Source: Bacillota bacterium (lineage in GTDB: Bacteria > Bacillota_I > Bacilli_A > RF39 > UBA660). From it: a DNA stretch of 64,000 nt. Numbering within the stretch: the stretch's first letter is position 1; every line of letters begins with the position of its first letter. The translations under genes and the position numbers were made by a program. Shown here in pieces: positions 10,401-17,694 of this stretch. Below the pieces are notes generated by a model that was not told the origin of the DNA, searched no databases, and saw only the letters and a list, made by a program, of their open reading frames with translations. The stretch is from the NCBI GenBank assembly GCA_015059485.1, contig SVAH01000004.1, forward strand, positions 15,822 to 79,821, given 5' to 3'.

Positions 10401-12107
10401 ACCTCCAGAGTCATCATCTCCAGAGCCATCTGGGTATGCTCCGCCGCCGCCGTACCAGCCGCCGCCTCCAGCTCCTCCGTAACCTCCAGCATGATAGATT
10501 TCAGATCCTCCAGTCTGCCATGTACCACCGGCATAACCTCCGCCAGTCATTCCTCCGGCATATCCAACCGTTCCACAACCAGCGCCACCATTTCCACTTC
10601 CGGCTCCACCAACAACTCTAGCTCCAGCGCCACCACCTCCGGCAGCAACTAAAAGTCTATGTTTCAAAGTATTTCCACCAATTCTTATATCAGTAGATCC
10701 ACCACCATATACATTTGTTGGAGCTTGATAGAATCCACCGTTTGAATAATACCAATAGCAGTGACCTCCACCATTCCATCCTTTTGTTCTTCCATCACGT
10801 GTTACAGTACTTCCTGCTCCACCTACATAAAGATAAAGTTTTTGACCTTTAGAAAAATCAACATCTGCTACTGTATAACCGCCTCGGCCTCCAGCAGGTC
10901 CTCTATTTCCACCTTGAGCTCCCCAAGCTTCTACTGTCCAAGTACCTGTTGATGGAATATAGAATTCTTGATATTCACCAGTATATGGAATATCATAATA
11001 AACTTGATTTCCTGATTGTTTCAAATAATAGTTTACTTGATTTATTTTTACATTATATATGCTAGTAAGTCCTGTTGCTACATGAGTTACTGTTATCACT
11101 TCAGTAGCTGAAGTTGTACTTGATAAATCTAATCTTCTTTGAGAATAAGAAATTGTATATCCCTCTTTAGGGGTAATATTAAATAGAACTGATTTAACAT
11201 CATTATCAACTGTTATAGTATAATTTTTTAATTTGTATGTATAAATTATATTTACTGCACCATTATTTAATTTTATTGTATCAATGCCATCTGGTTCAAC
11301 AGTAGTAATCCTTGCAAAACCATCACCAGCTCTTGCACCTGTTGAATATGAAAAACTATACATTTGTAAACGAGCAGGTACTGTATAACCACTAGGGACA
11401 TTACCAGTAGTTCCTTCATTCCAAATAAATGAAGAACCACCTCCACCACCTTTGTCATCGTCACCAGATCCATCAGGGTATGCTCCGCCGCCGCCGTACC
11501 AGCCGCCGCCTCCAGCTCCAGCATATCCTCCGGCTGCTACATATCCAGCACCACCTTGTCCAAATGATCCGCCATTTCCGCCGCCTCCATTAATGGAAGC
11601 TCCTGCACCTCCGGATCCACATCCGCCACAAGTTCCGCCACCATCAAGTCCGCCAGAACCTCCACAGTTACGATCAGCACCATCAGTACCTCCACCTCCG
11701 GCAACAATTAAACGAGAATATAGTGAATCTGTATTAAATCTAATATCAGTAGCTCCTCCACCATAGTGAGAAAATCCATTTCTTTTTCCTCCACCATTCC
11801 ATCCTTGGTGAGTTTGCCCTGAACCACCTACATAAACATAGAATCTATCGCCTTTTTTAACATACAAATACCCGCTAGAGTATCCACCACGTCCAGCGTT
11901 ATCTCCGCCACGGTATCCACCTTGAGCTCCCCAAGTTTCAAAACGATATATACCATCTGTAGGAGCTACCCATTCTTGAGCATGTCCTGAATATGGAAAA
12001 TCATAAACAGTTTGAGTAGGTTCATCCGCAAAAACCTCCACGCTAAAAAGTATATTCATTACAAATATACATAATAAAAAATTTACAAAGTGTTTTACTT
12101 CTCTCAT
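1..12107 (-). CDS. Giant secreted surface/adhesin-like protein, 5' part only (ORF continues past the left window edge; >4,030 codons in-window). It has a signal peptide, four glycine-rich modules, and at least 35 cadherin-like (CHB-type) beta-sandwich repeats
   Basis: ATG at 12107 (rc of cat 12105-12107), preceded by AGGGA 5 nt upstream. Reading downward in frame (12107 mod 3 = 2) gives coherent protein: MREVKHFVNFLLCIFVMNILFSVEVFADEPTQTVYDFPYSGHAQEWVAPTDGIYRFETWGAQGGYRGG... No minus-strand ORF in this frame is listed anywhere in 1-12107 in the ORF track, which is what is expected if the ORF lacks a stop inside the window. The small listed ORFs here (for example the P-rich 11452-11766 + ORF and the EAAAGTAAAEH minus ORFs) are alternate-frame or reverse-strand shadows of Gly codons. 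The downstream repeats carry the typical cadherin-like pattern L..L.V..G.L.P.F......Y.V.V......V.V.A...D..A.V.I......L..G.N...I.VTAE.G....Y.I.V.R. Confidence 0.7.
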   Translation of the reverse strand, partial: MREVKHFVNFLLCIFVMNILFSVEVFADEPTQTVYDFPYSGHAQEWVAPTDGIYRFETWGAQGGYRGGDNAGRGGYSSGYLYVKKGDRFYVYVGGSGQTHQGWNGGGKRNGFSHYGGGATDIRFNTDSLYSRLIVAGGGGTDGADRNCGGSGGLDGGGTCGGCGSGGAGASINGGGGNGGSFGQGGAGYVAAGGYAGAGGGGWYGGGGAYPDGSGDDDKGGGGGSSFIWNEGTTGNVPSGYTVPARLQMYSFSYSTGARAGDGFARITTVEPDGIDTIKLNNGAVNIIYTYKLKNYTITVDNDVKSVLFNITPKEGYTISYSQRRLDLSSTTSATEVITVTHVATGLTSIYNVKINQVNYYLKQSGNQVYYDIPYTGEYQEFYIPSTGTWTVEAWGAQGGNRGPAGGRGGYTVADVDFSKGQKLYLYVGGAGSTVTRDGRTKGWNGGGHCYWYYSNGGFYQAPTNVYGGGSTDIRIGGNTLKHRLLVAAGGGGAGARVVGGAGSGNGGAGCGTVGYAGGMTGGGYAGGTWQTGGSEIYHAGGYGGAGGGGWYGGGGAYPDGSGDDDSGGGGGSGFIWSAGSVGYVPEGYEVSDKFYMSNGFIHGGWESFKNPAGGNETGHGGNGYIRLTPKLLNGIDSISINGGKIPIDFDYTKYDYTITVSDDTKYINVNAIIADGFSRTENHSGNYDFSDANQKEYLYTLKVTNDITGLSRTYNITFRKSSYYWQAGSTGSYGYGCTKDVQEFMAPASGIYTVEAWGAQGQSTGVQGGPGSYTKANIFLSKGETVYVYVGCSGANGGYNGGGEPYQYRDGNQNIVIPWGVRGGGASDIRLGGKTTYHRVLVAGGGGGAGARGTGGPGDAEGNNGGCGSQGGRGTMSGGGWDGGMWAKGASQYLGNDGYVGAGGGGWYGGGHGYPDGSGNDDNGGGGGSSYVWCSEYAGYVPADYEVSRSRFLTNPVILNGYSSMPNHDGTGTMTGNYGEGYVRFDFTLSYKYKINVSDNVTLDKPFDYDTKNYIGTVDNTSSVVDFDVDLTDDESVLTYQNAGRHEIHVGENNYPISITYVNGAVDIFNYKIEREANDIDILNDLKINDKSLSNYSSVDFNKNTYEYNITLPYSFDEYDLNITKGSADQVFDIYSSIDPTHKFGVEESVAHILEKHNSYDLVINVENETHTSSKTYTLHVTLPHSSKLKKLTLISGSDEEFEYMMEDGKEVYNIELESYVATARAIPELFDAEAEYEVIGDGYISSDIYTILVNITEPHSDPTTYIFNIKRITVSGFEQNTGYTGTCTTFVVPYSHEYQLEAWGAQGGRGGGRGGYSTGKVYLNKGEVLYLCAGGSGDNGGFNGGGSSRAGYGGGASDIRFGTNSVYSRILIAGGGGGHGSDGCAFGGVGGGQNGGGKNGQGSCGTNAGGGTQTQGGTYGITGGARGATGRFAVGAAGPNSGGGYYGGGGGGGFYGGGSGATSGWSSGGGGGSGFIYNEESYAIVTDLLSETFGGGKWLVSEDYLLTDAQTYSGSESFPNTAHTGNETGHGGDGYVKLSIPYQKSENNFLSGIISNRGEMRQEWDYNRSVYDLDLESVDTEINIEGVPADEKASVAGNGNYFIEAGDHDILLTVTSESGLVKTYTVHVHRETDHNPYPKKIAVEGMLPTYCRLHEHMCEYAFDKNTDEYEITVPYQIREINITVDKAHYYQDVNGDGIYRLDGGLNEIEVYVKAEDRMNETKYYYKITRDMTGNNDLASLKVTDPETTLNYSYNVTDYYITVANEVEHIEIEAIPDDIRAAVNIENIDLLEYGSDNHIPITVTANNGAEKTYTIHVTRLRSNNAFLKSLNVYNTTNSNSEQELPLTPIFSKGVTEYILNVDNDVTNLRIDGEAEKEDLATVAGLGDKTLNVGKNSFKVTVTAQDGSTLDYNITVNRAANSNALLSDLKVFDAYDNVVNFAEEFESEKFVYYIYAPPTLENIKITATPQETTTSYAIVEGNVNYLNAGRNTFTVRATAEDGSYNDYSIIIIRTAYSDKDLVSLTVSNGNENFLLTPEFSPVIDEYNLVVTHDIKEVKVTAIANKNQRAVIGTNPVYVENVNLLTTNPYERLITVTAENGETHTYKLKIVREKGTDARIKSLSCNSYEFEEGAFDPDVHDYTLNITRTKKTIGRNDFVYEMMDDQAKATFPNSVSLVFKSLDNYYVIETESEDKEAHETYRIHVVYILSDDNYLKELTVTGNTIDPEFDKEVDTYNIETTDHSLEINAIPNNKYATVSISKTDLDLGENEIIITVTSETDVERYYKLNVTRTLSDDATLKNLKVTTGYTPEFDKDQLIYNSKTSKKTAVIIPTMNNKWGSYKILDILNNEYEDGKVTLNEGINTFRIVTTAENGDSLTYIVNIERVLSDDAYLTDLSVSTGYRPIFNKNQFKYTSSTHENTAKITATLSSDDATYKLLDEMDNEYADGNVVLNVGVNKFRIVVTAENGNELTYEIDIEKIINRNTNVSSIKISDEELEGFDKNTQEYEINTTAHSLDIEATMEDSEYAIYELLDESENVISSHIEFTKGQTVQKKVIVRGYAEDRSLTKDYTLTINRSPSSEAKIKSFGFTTDPTLNETERNYNTTVDETRIDLEDLELMDDWATYETEGNENFDTYGQTYPVKIIVTAEDGVTKEEYNIDALRVISTNPRLKFIKIDDKTLTPEFDKDTTSYKVYVDNDVTSINLNAKTLKDTGRIISIKLNDTEITSTPVREYNNTITIPLIGESEVRTLTIKTLAEDGESTMTYTVNIKSSDDINNYLSSLQLVYKDGDTDVDGVLTPEFDKETLEYTIELPKGTSAFTVSAIPEVIKSTVTGNTNYTLESGENSKDVIVAVTNKEGQTREYIIHVTKELSDNSKIKSLSFKNSEIKFDGLEEDVYSYNIDVLNDVKELTINDINYEMEDESATIEMPVCKLTSKHVNVCVISGVAANGSKTDYTFNVTRQVGTDARIKTLKFGLYEFEEGEFNPDVMEYTLKVPKVKTSIGRDDFTYTMMDDDAEADFPARMTLDFENGDNHYIITTTASDGVTQERYIINIIKDPVEDNYLKELTVEDHTLDPEFNQYINTYNIETTYHSLDIHAVPISESSRVSISNTNLELGENEIIITVTNSNGKKRYYKLNVIRTTSSDATLKDLYVSSGYTPEFDKDWYTYESSTHEKTAVITPTLSYRWATYRILDEMGNDYTNLPVVLNVGENRFRVIVTSEVGTELTYEVIIEKVLNKNPNVSGIKVSDEELEDFDPDTTEYEINTKAHSIDITAIMEDSEYATYKLFDESDNEISSTIEFTKGVAEERTVILRGYAEDRSVTKDYTLTIKRELNDEAKIKSFGFTTVPPITENGRIYAVMVDETKLDLSELELVDDWASYEVEGNENFEVAGQTYTVIITVTAEDGETEEEYQIDATRMISKNPRLKNISIENTTLIPEFDKDTITYTIFIDNDVTQLDLNAITLKDTARMTSIKVNDDEVLSEPLREFTGSIEIPTIGESEVRTLKITTLAEDGESTMTYTVNIKSTDDLNNYLSSLQVVYRNGDDDVDGVLTPEFDKETLEYSISLPANTSSLTVSAIPEVSKSTVTGAEKYDLAIGEHTKTITITVTPREGEAREYIIHVTRDLSDNSKIKSLSFRNNEISFSGFNKDILEYTVSVPSDVRELSLNDMSYEMEHPGATAIMTQCKLTKPEEKECTIYGVAEDGSKTAYVFKITRAASTEARIKKLSFGQYKFDEGDFDPDIKAYTLRVPKTKPTLSRSDLSYELMDPNATVSFPATLTLDFSSNDNNYVITTTAEDGETHERYIINVTHILSNDNTIKSYTINDEVVTLTSEQNSQSSPVIEYGIFDDETTKELKNIVLNNEDGAHNITLPKTMNNGKDLLVTVTSESGLVKNYTFRLVQNKTRELKLASLKVSLANSFDCTGICKLDHEYDPNAEEENNNFTFTVPFGVNSVDIAVTLKSRFQSYEIIGNDGFTTGENPVIVRVYNSLGEYKDYTITVIREPSHDANLKNIAFSTPEQEIEDFVEDI
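7440..12030 (-). repeat. Four tandem glycine-rich coding modules (about 0.7-1.0 kb each) inside the giant ORF; each begins with a (E/A)(T/A)WGAQGG motif and ends with GGGGWYGGGG...GGGG(S)SxFIW
   Basis: The DNA motif gagctccccaag(c/t)ttc occurs four times on the + strand, near 8195, 9822, 10910 and 11919. A stretch of at least 44 nt, gggtatgctccgccgccgccgtaccagccgccgcctccagctcc, is identical at 10432-10475 and 11476-11519. Translated modules share Y.YVGG.G...GGYNGGG...GGGASDIR...R.LVAGGGGG...GAGGGGWYGGGG.YPDGSGDD..GGGGGS.FIW. Confidence 0.75.
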
Positions 12108-12131
12108 ACAAATCCCTATCCTTATTATCTA

Positions 12132-12170
12132 CTAAGTAAATTATAACATAAAAGTATCTTATTCGACAAT
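12132..12170 (-). promoter_or_regulatory. Putative sigma-A type promoter for the giant gene: -35 TTGTCG (rc of 12164-12169), 18-nt spacer, extended -10 TGtTATAAT (rc of 12140-12148)
   Basis: The reverse complement of 12139-12170 reads ttgtcgaataagatacttttatgTTATAAT, located about 25-60 nt upstream of the ATG at 12107. Confidence 0.4.
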
Positions 12171-12180
12171 TTTTTTCTAA

Positions 12181-12220
12181 AAAAAACATAAAAAAAAGAA
12201 GATTTATTTTTTATCTTCTT
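12181..12220 (-). terminator. Rho-independent terminator ending the rimP-nusA-infB-rbfA-truB-ORF12204 transcription unit
   Basis: Stem aagaagat (12196-12203) pairs with atcttctt (12213-12220) around a 9-nt loop. It is followed on the minus strand by TTTTTTTATGTTTTTT (rc of 12181-12195). The hairpin overlaps the stop of ORF 12204-12680. Confidence 0.55.
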
Positions 12221-12680
12221 TCTTATCAAATCCACAATCTAAATAAACTGAAATTTTATAATCTTTTTTGCCATATGGGTTAGTTGGATATATAGTTACC
12301 ATTGATTTTTCAGCATTGCATTTTTTCTTTTTTTCAGTATTTTCAAACTTAGTTTTATTCTTATCTTTTAAAGTATTGTTGTATCTTTGAAGATTTTCTA
12401 AATTAATCTTTAATCCAACACTAGAAAAATTTTGTAAGTATTCTTTCTTATCTTTTAATTCTTCAGAATTTGCAGCAGAGGCATAATAATAATTTTCATA
12501 ATAATCTCTGCCAATTTTTTCTAGTTCTTTTGTAAGCATTTCTTCTTCACTTACTTTATCTTTTCCAAATATACAAACAAGTGCAATAATCAAACCAACT
12601 ACTGCTATAGCTCCTACTACCACCAAAGTAATCTTTTTATTCTCTTTAATTTTACTTATAACATTTTTCATTCTTATCAC
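12204..12680 (-). CDS. Hypothetical small membrane-anchored protein (N-terminal TM helix, Lys/Glu-rich extracytoplasmic part)
   Basis: 158-aa ORF. Hydrophobic segment ITLVVVGAIAVVGLIIALVCIF. No recognisable family. Confidence 0.5.
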   Translation of the reverse strand: MIRMKNVISKIKENKKITLVVVGAIAVVGLIIALVCIFGKDKVSEEEMLTKELEKIGRDYYENYYYASAANSEELKDKKEYLQNFSSVGLKINLENLQRYNNTLKDKNKTKFENTEKKKKCNAEKSMVTIYPTNPYGKKDYKISVYLDCGFDKKEDKK

Positions 12681-12713
12681 TCCATTAAATTAATTATAAC
12701 ACACTTTTTTAAA

Positions 12714-13565
12714 TTATAAATAATTATTTTTTAACATAACAAGTGGTTTAAATAAATCATCATTTTTTTCGTATATAGCAATTAATTCACCATTATATTT
12801 CAATAATACTTTATCATTATTAGATTTTAATTTTATTTTTGAACCATTTACTACTTTTTTATACATATTTTCTTCTAAATTAATAACTTCATAATCTAAA
12901 ATATCTTCTACATTAACGAATTTATACTTATTATCTTCTATATCTTTTAGAGTATATGAATCTTCTATTTTAAATTTTCCCTGTCTAGTTCTAACTAAAC
13001 TATTCATAGTACCTACTGTACCCATTTTTTTGCAGATACTTTCTATTAAACTTCTTATATAAGTTCCTTTAGATACTTCACATTTAAATTTAATAATATC
13101 ATTTTTAAATTCTAATAATTCTATTCTTTTTATTTCAATCTCTCTTTTAGGTATTTCTACACTTTCATTATTTCTGGCATATTCGTATAATTTTTTTCCA
13201 TTTACTTTTATTGCAGAATATATTGGTGGAGTCTGCAATTGTACGCCAATAAATGATTTTAATGTTTCTTTTATTATTTCTTCATTCAAATTATACTCTT
13301 TAGTTTCTAATACATTACCTGTAATATCCAAAGTATCAGTTTTTATGCCTAATTTTATTTCTGCTATATATTCCTTATCAAATGAAGTTATTAGATTAAC
13401 AAGTTTAGTGTATCTCCCAATGCAAACAACAAGTACACCTGTTGCAATTGGATCAAGTGTACCTGTATGCCCTATTTTTTTAGTTTTAAAATATTTATTT
13501 AAAACATTAACTACATCTCTTGATGTATAATTAACATCTTTATTAATAACTAAAATTTCATTCAT
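12714..13565 (-). CDS. truB: tRNA pseudouridine(55) synthase TruB
   Basis: 283 aa. Catalytic motif KIGHTGTLDPIATGVLVVCIG. Position after rbfA is canonical. Confidence 0.9.
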   Translation of the reverse strand: MNEILVINKDVNYTSRDVVNVLNKYFKTKKIGHTGTLDPIATGVLVVCIGRYTKLVNLITSFDKEYIAEIKLGIKTDTLDITGNVLETKEYNLNEEIIKETLKSFIGVQLQTPPIYSAIKVNGKKLYEYARNNESVEIPKREIEIKRIELLEFKNDIIKFKCEVSKGTYIRSLIESICKKMGTVGTMNSLVRTRQGKFKIEDSYTLKDIEDNKYKFVNVEDILDYEVINLEENMYKKVVNGSKIKLKSNNDKVLLKYNGELIAIYEKNDDLFKPLVMLKNNYL

Positions 13566-13911
13566 TATCTTTTTCTTCTTTTAACTCTTTTAAAATTGAT
13601 TCTATTTTATTTCCATATTCAATTGATTCATCATATACAAATTTTAATTTAGGTATAATTCTAAGTTCTATTTTAGAAGCTAATTCTGTTCTAATAAATG
13701 ATGCAGCTTCATTTAATTCTTTTTCTAATTGTTCCTTTGATAAATCACTTATAGAAGTAAAATAAACTTTTGCAAAAGATAAATCATTTGCTACATCACA
13801 TGCAGTTATTGTTGTTGTTTTAAGTATTTCATCTCTTGCATCATTAGCTATTATTTCACTAATTACTTTTACTATTTCCGAACCAACTTTTTTAGATTTT
13901 AAACTTGCCAT
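13558..13911 (-). CDS. rbfA: Ribosome-binding factor A
   Basis: 117 aa, RbfA-like sequence, immediately downstream of infB. It overlaps the truB start by 8 nt. Confidence 0.85.
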   Translation of the reverse strand: MASLKSKKVGSEIVKVISEIIANDARDEILKTTTITACDVANDLSFAKVYFTSISDLSKEQLEKELNEAASFIRTELASKIELRIIPKLKFVYDESIEYGNKIESILKELKEEKDNE

Positions 13912-13913
13912 AA

Positions 13914-16025
13914 TTATCTTTTAACCTCTACCATTTCATAATTTTCAAGGACATCTCCTTCTTTGATATCACTATAGTTTTCTAATGTAATACCACATTC
14001 ATATCCTTTTTTAACTTCTTTAACAGTATCTTTTTCTCTTTGAATTGATGCTATTTTACCATCATAAATTATTACTCCATCACGTACGACTCTAACAGAT
14101 GCACCATTTTTCATAATTCCATCAGTTACTAAAACACCAGCAATTTTACCAACTTTAGAGAATGTAAATATTCTTTTAATTTCACATGATCCAAGTATTT
14201 TTTCTTCAAATTCAGGATCAAGCATACCTTTCATTGCAAGTTCCATTTCTTCTACACATTTATAAATTATTGTATAAAGTCTTATATCTACATCATATTC
14301 TTTAGCTATTTCCTTTGTAATTGAAGATGGTACTACATTAAATCCGATTATAATAGCATTTGATGCATTTGCAAGTACTACATCACTTTCAGTAATTGTT
14401 CCTATACCAGATCTAATAACTTTAATTTTAACACCTTCAACATCAATTTTTTCAAGAGACTGTTTAACAGCTTCTTCAGAACCTCTAACGTCTGCTTTCA
14501 AAACAACATTTATTTCTTTTTGTCCCTCTTCAATTTTAGAGAATAAATCATCTAAAGATAATACTTGTTTTTTATTTTTCTTTAGTTTTGCTGCATCAAG
14601 TCTCTTTTGTGCTACTTCTTTTGCTTCTCCCTCTGTTTCAAAAGCCATAAATTTATCACCAGCTATTGGGTTATCTGAAAGTCCTGTTATTTCAACTGGA
14701 GTTGATGGACCTGCTTCAACTATTGATTCACCTAAATCATTTTTCATTGTTCGAACCTTTCCTGCAAATGTTCCAACAACTATTGGATCACCAAGTCTTA
14801 AAGTACCATTTTGAATAAGTATTGATGCTATACCACCAATGTTTTTATCTACTTTAGACTCTATTACAGAACCCATTGCATATCTATTTGGATTAGCTTT
14901 TAAATCATTCATTTCACTAATTAATGTTATTGTTTCAAGTAATTCTTCTACACCTTCACCACTTCTTGCAGAAATGTTTACAAATGGATATTTACCACCC
15001 CATGCTTCTGGAGTTATTCCTATTTCAGACATTCCAGTCATAATTCTTTCTACATTAGCTTCTGGTTTATCTATTTTATTTACAGCAACAATTATTGGGA
15101 CATTAGCTGATAAAGCATGATCTACTGCTTCTTTAGTTTGAGGCATTACACCATCATCTGCAGCAACAATAATAATAACAATATCAGTAACACTTGCACC
15201 ACGTGCTCTCATTTCTGTAAATGCAGCATGCCCTGGAGTATCAATAAATGTTATTTTTTCTCCTTCATGTTCAACTTGGTAAGCACCAATATGTTGTGTA
15301 ATTCCACCAAATTCAGTTTCAGTAACTTTTGAATGACGAATGTAATCAAGTAATGTAGTTTTACCATGATCTACATGTCCCATTATAGTAACTACTGGTG
15401 GTCTTTTTACTAAATCAGCTTCATTATCCACCACTTCATATTCTTCGAAATTAGAAACATCTTGAGTTTCTTCTCTTTTTAATGTTTTACCATAATCTAA
15501 AGTAAGAATTTCAGCATTTTCAAAATCAATAGCTTGATTTACACTAACCATCAAACCTAAGCCTATTAATTTTTTTATTATTTCACTTGAAGAAACTTCT
15601 AAAGAATCAGCAAGTTCTCCAACAGTCATTCCTTCTTTATATACTACTACGTTTTCTTGTTCTGCATTTTTAGATAACTTATCTTTATTTTTATACATTT
15701 GTTTTCTTTTATTAAAATATTCTTCTTTAGAACTTTGTACTACAGAACGTTTCTTTAATTTTTGCTTTTTATCAGTATCATTTATCGTTTTAATACTTGA
15801 AGTTTCCATAATATCATCAACAACTTCATCCATTGCATCTTCTTCATCCAATGTAGTTTCTTCGTCTGTTGATATTAGATTTATTGCATAATCTAGATTT
15901 ATGATATCATCTTCAGATAATTCATCTGCTGCTGCTTTTACATCTATATTTATTTCCTCACACTTTTTTAATACCTCAGCAACAGTCATATTCATACTAT
16001 CTGCATATTCTTTTACACTCATCAT
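13914..16025 (-). CDS. infB: Translation initiation factor IF-2
   Basis: 703 aa. GTPase motifs [17 protein letters not shown] and NKID. Has the C-terminal IF-2 domains. Confidence 0.95.
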   Translation of the reverse strand: MMSVKEYADSMNMTVAEVLKKCEEINIDVKAAADELSEDDIINLDYAINLISTDEETTLDEEDAMDEVVDDIMETSSIKTINDTDKKQKLKKRSVVQSSKEEYFNKRKQMYKNKDKLSKNAEQENVVVYKEGMTVGELADSLEVSSSEIIKKLIGLGLMVSVNQAIDFENAEILTLDYGKTLKREETQDVSNFEEYEVVDNEADLVKRPPVVTIMGHVDHGKTTLLDYIRHSKVTETEFGGITQHIGAYQVEHEGEKITFIDTPGHAAFTEMRARGASVTDIVIIIVAADDGVMPQTKEAVDHALSANVPIIVAVNKIDKPEANVERIMTGMSEIGITPEAWGGKYPFVNISARSGEGVEELLETITLISEMNDLKANPNRYAMGSVIESKVDKNIGGIASILIQNGTLRLGDPIVVGTFAGKVRTMKNDLGESIVEAGPSTPVEITGLSDNPIAGDKFMAFETEGEAKEVAQKRLDAAKLKKNKKQVLSLDDLFSKIEEGQKEINVVLKADVRGSEEAVKQSLEKIDVEGVKIKVIRSGIGTITESDVVLANASNAIIIGFNVVPSSITKEIAKEYDVDIRLYTIIYKCVEEMELAMKGMLDPEFEEKILGSCEIKRIFTFSKVGKIAGVLVTDGIMKNGASVRVVRDGVIIYDGKIASIQREKDTVKEVKKGYECGITLENYSDIKEGDVLENYEMVEVKR

Positions 16026-16050
16026 AGTCGTGCACCTTCTTTCTTAAATT

Positions 16051-16308
16051 TTATTCATTTACTTTATTTAATAATTCTTCATATATTGAATCTGGAATAC
16101 TAACCTCTAATGCTCTATCTAAAGCTTTTAACTTCTTAGCTTTTTCTATTACTTCTTTATCTTTTTTTAAGTAAGCACCTTTACCATTAACTTTACCACT
16201 ATCATCTACAAGTACTCCAAGTTCTTTATTTCTAACAACTCTAATTAAATCTCTTTTATCATATTTTTCACGAGTTATTAGACACATTCTTTGTGGAATT
16301 TTTTTCAT
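16051..16308 (-). CDS. ylxR: YlxR/DUF448 family RNA-binding protein (nusA-infB operon member)
   Basis: 85 aa: MKKIPQRMCLITREKYDKRDLIRVV... is the typical YlxR N-terminus. Located between nusA and infB. No L7Ae (ylxQ) gene follows it. Confidence 0.8.
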   Translation of the reverse strand: MKKIPQRMCLITREKYDKRDLIRVVRNKELGVLVDDSGKVNGKGAYLKKDKEVIEKAKKLKALDRALEVSIPDSIYEELLNKVNE

Positions 16309-17423
16309 TATTTATTTCCTTCTTCGTTAATTTGTTGCATTGTTTTAACTTCAATTTTGTATTTAGTTAATCTTGATGCAAGTTTTATATTAATTCCTTT
16401 TTTACCAATAGCAAGTGATAAGTTTTGATCATCAGGTACTATTGCTAATGCTTCTTTTTTCTCAGGATCTATAATGTTTACTATAACATTTTTAGCTGGC
16501 GATAATGCATTTGCTATAAATTCTTCTGGATTTTCTGAATATAATACTAAATCTACTTTTTCACCATTTAATTCTTTTAAAATACTTGCAATCCTTGAAC
16601 CTTTCTCGCCAATACAAGCACCAATTGCATCAACATTATCTACTGTTGAATATACTGCAACTTTAGATCTAACTCCTGCCTCGCGAATAACTGAATATAG
16701 TTCTACAGTTCCATCCACTAATTCTGGTATTTCTGTTTCAAATAATCTTTTTACAAAACCATAATGTTTTCTAGAAAGTAGAATTAATGGTCCTTTAGTA
16801 GTTTCTTCTACCTTAGTAATATATACTTTAATAGTAGATCCCATTTTAACTGTTTCACCAGGTATCATTTCACTCTTAGGTAAAATAGCTCTTGCTTTTT
16901 CAAGATCAACATAATAGTTTCTTGAATCTTCCATAGCAAGTAAACCTAACATCATTTCTCCTTCTTTATCAGAGAACTCATTCATAATACTAGCTCTTTC
17001 AGCTTCTCTTATTTTTTGAGTTACAACTTGTTTAGCAGTAGATGCTGCAACACGTCCAAAATCTTTTGGTGTAACTTCTCTTTCAATTGTTTCTCCAACC
17101 TTTATACCAGGAACTATCTTTTCTGCATCTTCTAAAAGAATTTGAGCATCAATATTAACTTCTGGTGGAATTACTACTGTATTTCCTTCTTCATCTACAG
17201 TTTCTTCTCCCTCATCAATTTCTGGTACTACTACTAAATAAGATATTACTTTAATTTGACCACTTTCACGATCAATGTCTACTCTTACATTAGTCTTTGA
17301 ATCAAAATTTTTCTTATAAGCTGTTGCAAGTGCTAATTCCATAGCTTCAAATACAACATCTTTAGAAATATTCTTCTCTTCAACTATATGATTTAAAGCT
17401 TTAATAAATTCTTTACTATTCAT
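16308..17423 (-). CDS. nusA: Transcription termination/antitermination factor NusA
   Basis: S1 and KH domains. The track ORF extends to 17474, but the start is more likely the ATG at 17423 (MNSKEFIKALNHIVEEK...), which has AGAGGT 7 nt upstream. This is the typical NusA N-terminus. Confidence 0.9.
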   Translation of the reverse strand: MNSKEFIKALNHIVEEKNISKDVVFEAMELALATAYKKNFDSKTNVRVDIDRESGQIKVISYLVVVPEIDEGEETVDEEGNTVVIPPEVNIDAQILLEDAEKIVPGIKVGETIEREVTPKDFGRVAASTAKQVVTQKIREAERASIMNEFSDKEGEMMLGLLAMEDSRNYYVDLEKARAILPKSEMIPGETVKMGSTIKVYITKVEETTKGPLILLSRKHYGFVKRLFETEIPELVDGTVELYSVIREAGVRSKVAVYSTVDNVDAIGACIGEKGSRIASILKELNGEKVDLVLYSENPEEFIANALSPAKNVIVNIIDPEKKEALAIVPDDQNLSLAIGKKGINIKLASRLTKYKIEVKTMQQINEEGNK

Positions 17424-17679
17424 CTTCATTACCTCTTTCTTTACTTGATATATCAAGTATATATTCATCATCAATTAAATCTAATTCATCAATAATTGGA
17501 TTTATTATATTTGTTGCTTCAACTATTGTGTCTAGATCTAAGCCACTAGCCTTATCTAAATAGATTTTTAGGTTATTATAGTTACCTTCTTTTTCCCATA
17601 ATACAGAATCAACTATAATTTCCATTTCATTCATTGGGCCAGTTATACTTTCTTTAATTTGTTCTAATATTTTCTCCAT
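17416..17679 (-). CDS. rimP: Ribosome maturation factor RimP, short form (N-terminal domain only, about 87 aa)
   Basis: The track ORF runs 17416-17727, but the probable start is the ATG at 17679 (MEKILEQIKE...), with AAAGGAG 4-5 nt upstream. The sequence matches the RimP N-domain and the gene precedes nusA, as is universal. The C-terminal Sm-like domain appears to be absent. Confidence 0.6.
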   Translation of the reverse strand: MEKILEQIKESITGPMNEMEIIVDSVLWEKEGNYNNLKIYLDKASGLDLDTIVEATNIINPIIDELDLIDDEYILDISSKERGNEDE

Positions 17680-17694
17680 ATGACTCCTTTCATA

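Noticed and set aside
7646-11766. Short ORFs in the track inside the first 12 kb, for example the Pro-rich 11452-11766 + ORF (MSSSPDPSGYAPPPPYQPPPP...) and the EAAAGTAAAEH-containing minus ORFs
   Set aside because: These are reverse-strand or alternate-frame shadows of the GGN-rich glycine codons of the giant minus-strand ORF (frame 12107 mod 3 = 2). The listed minus ORFs are all in frame 1.
7440-12030. G/C-rich periodic repeats as a possible CRISPR array
   Set aside because: The repeats are about 1 kb protein-coding modules with long imperfect identity, not 25-40 nt direct repeats with unique spacers. No cas genes are present.
1-12107. Idea that the missing long ORF indicates an alternative genetic code (e.g. 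TGA=Trp as in Mollicutes)
   Set aside because: Flanking genes (infB, nusA, murF, the 2,451-aa protein) are intact long ORFs under the standard code. The giant ORF is simply unterminated within the window, so an M-to-stop ORF caller omits it.
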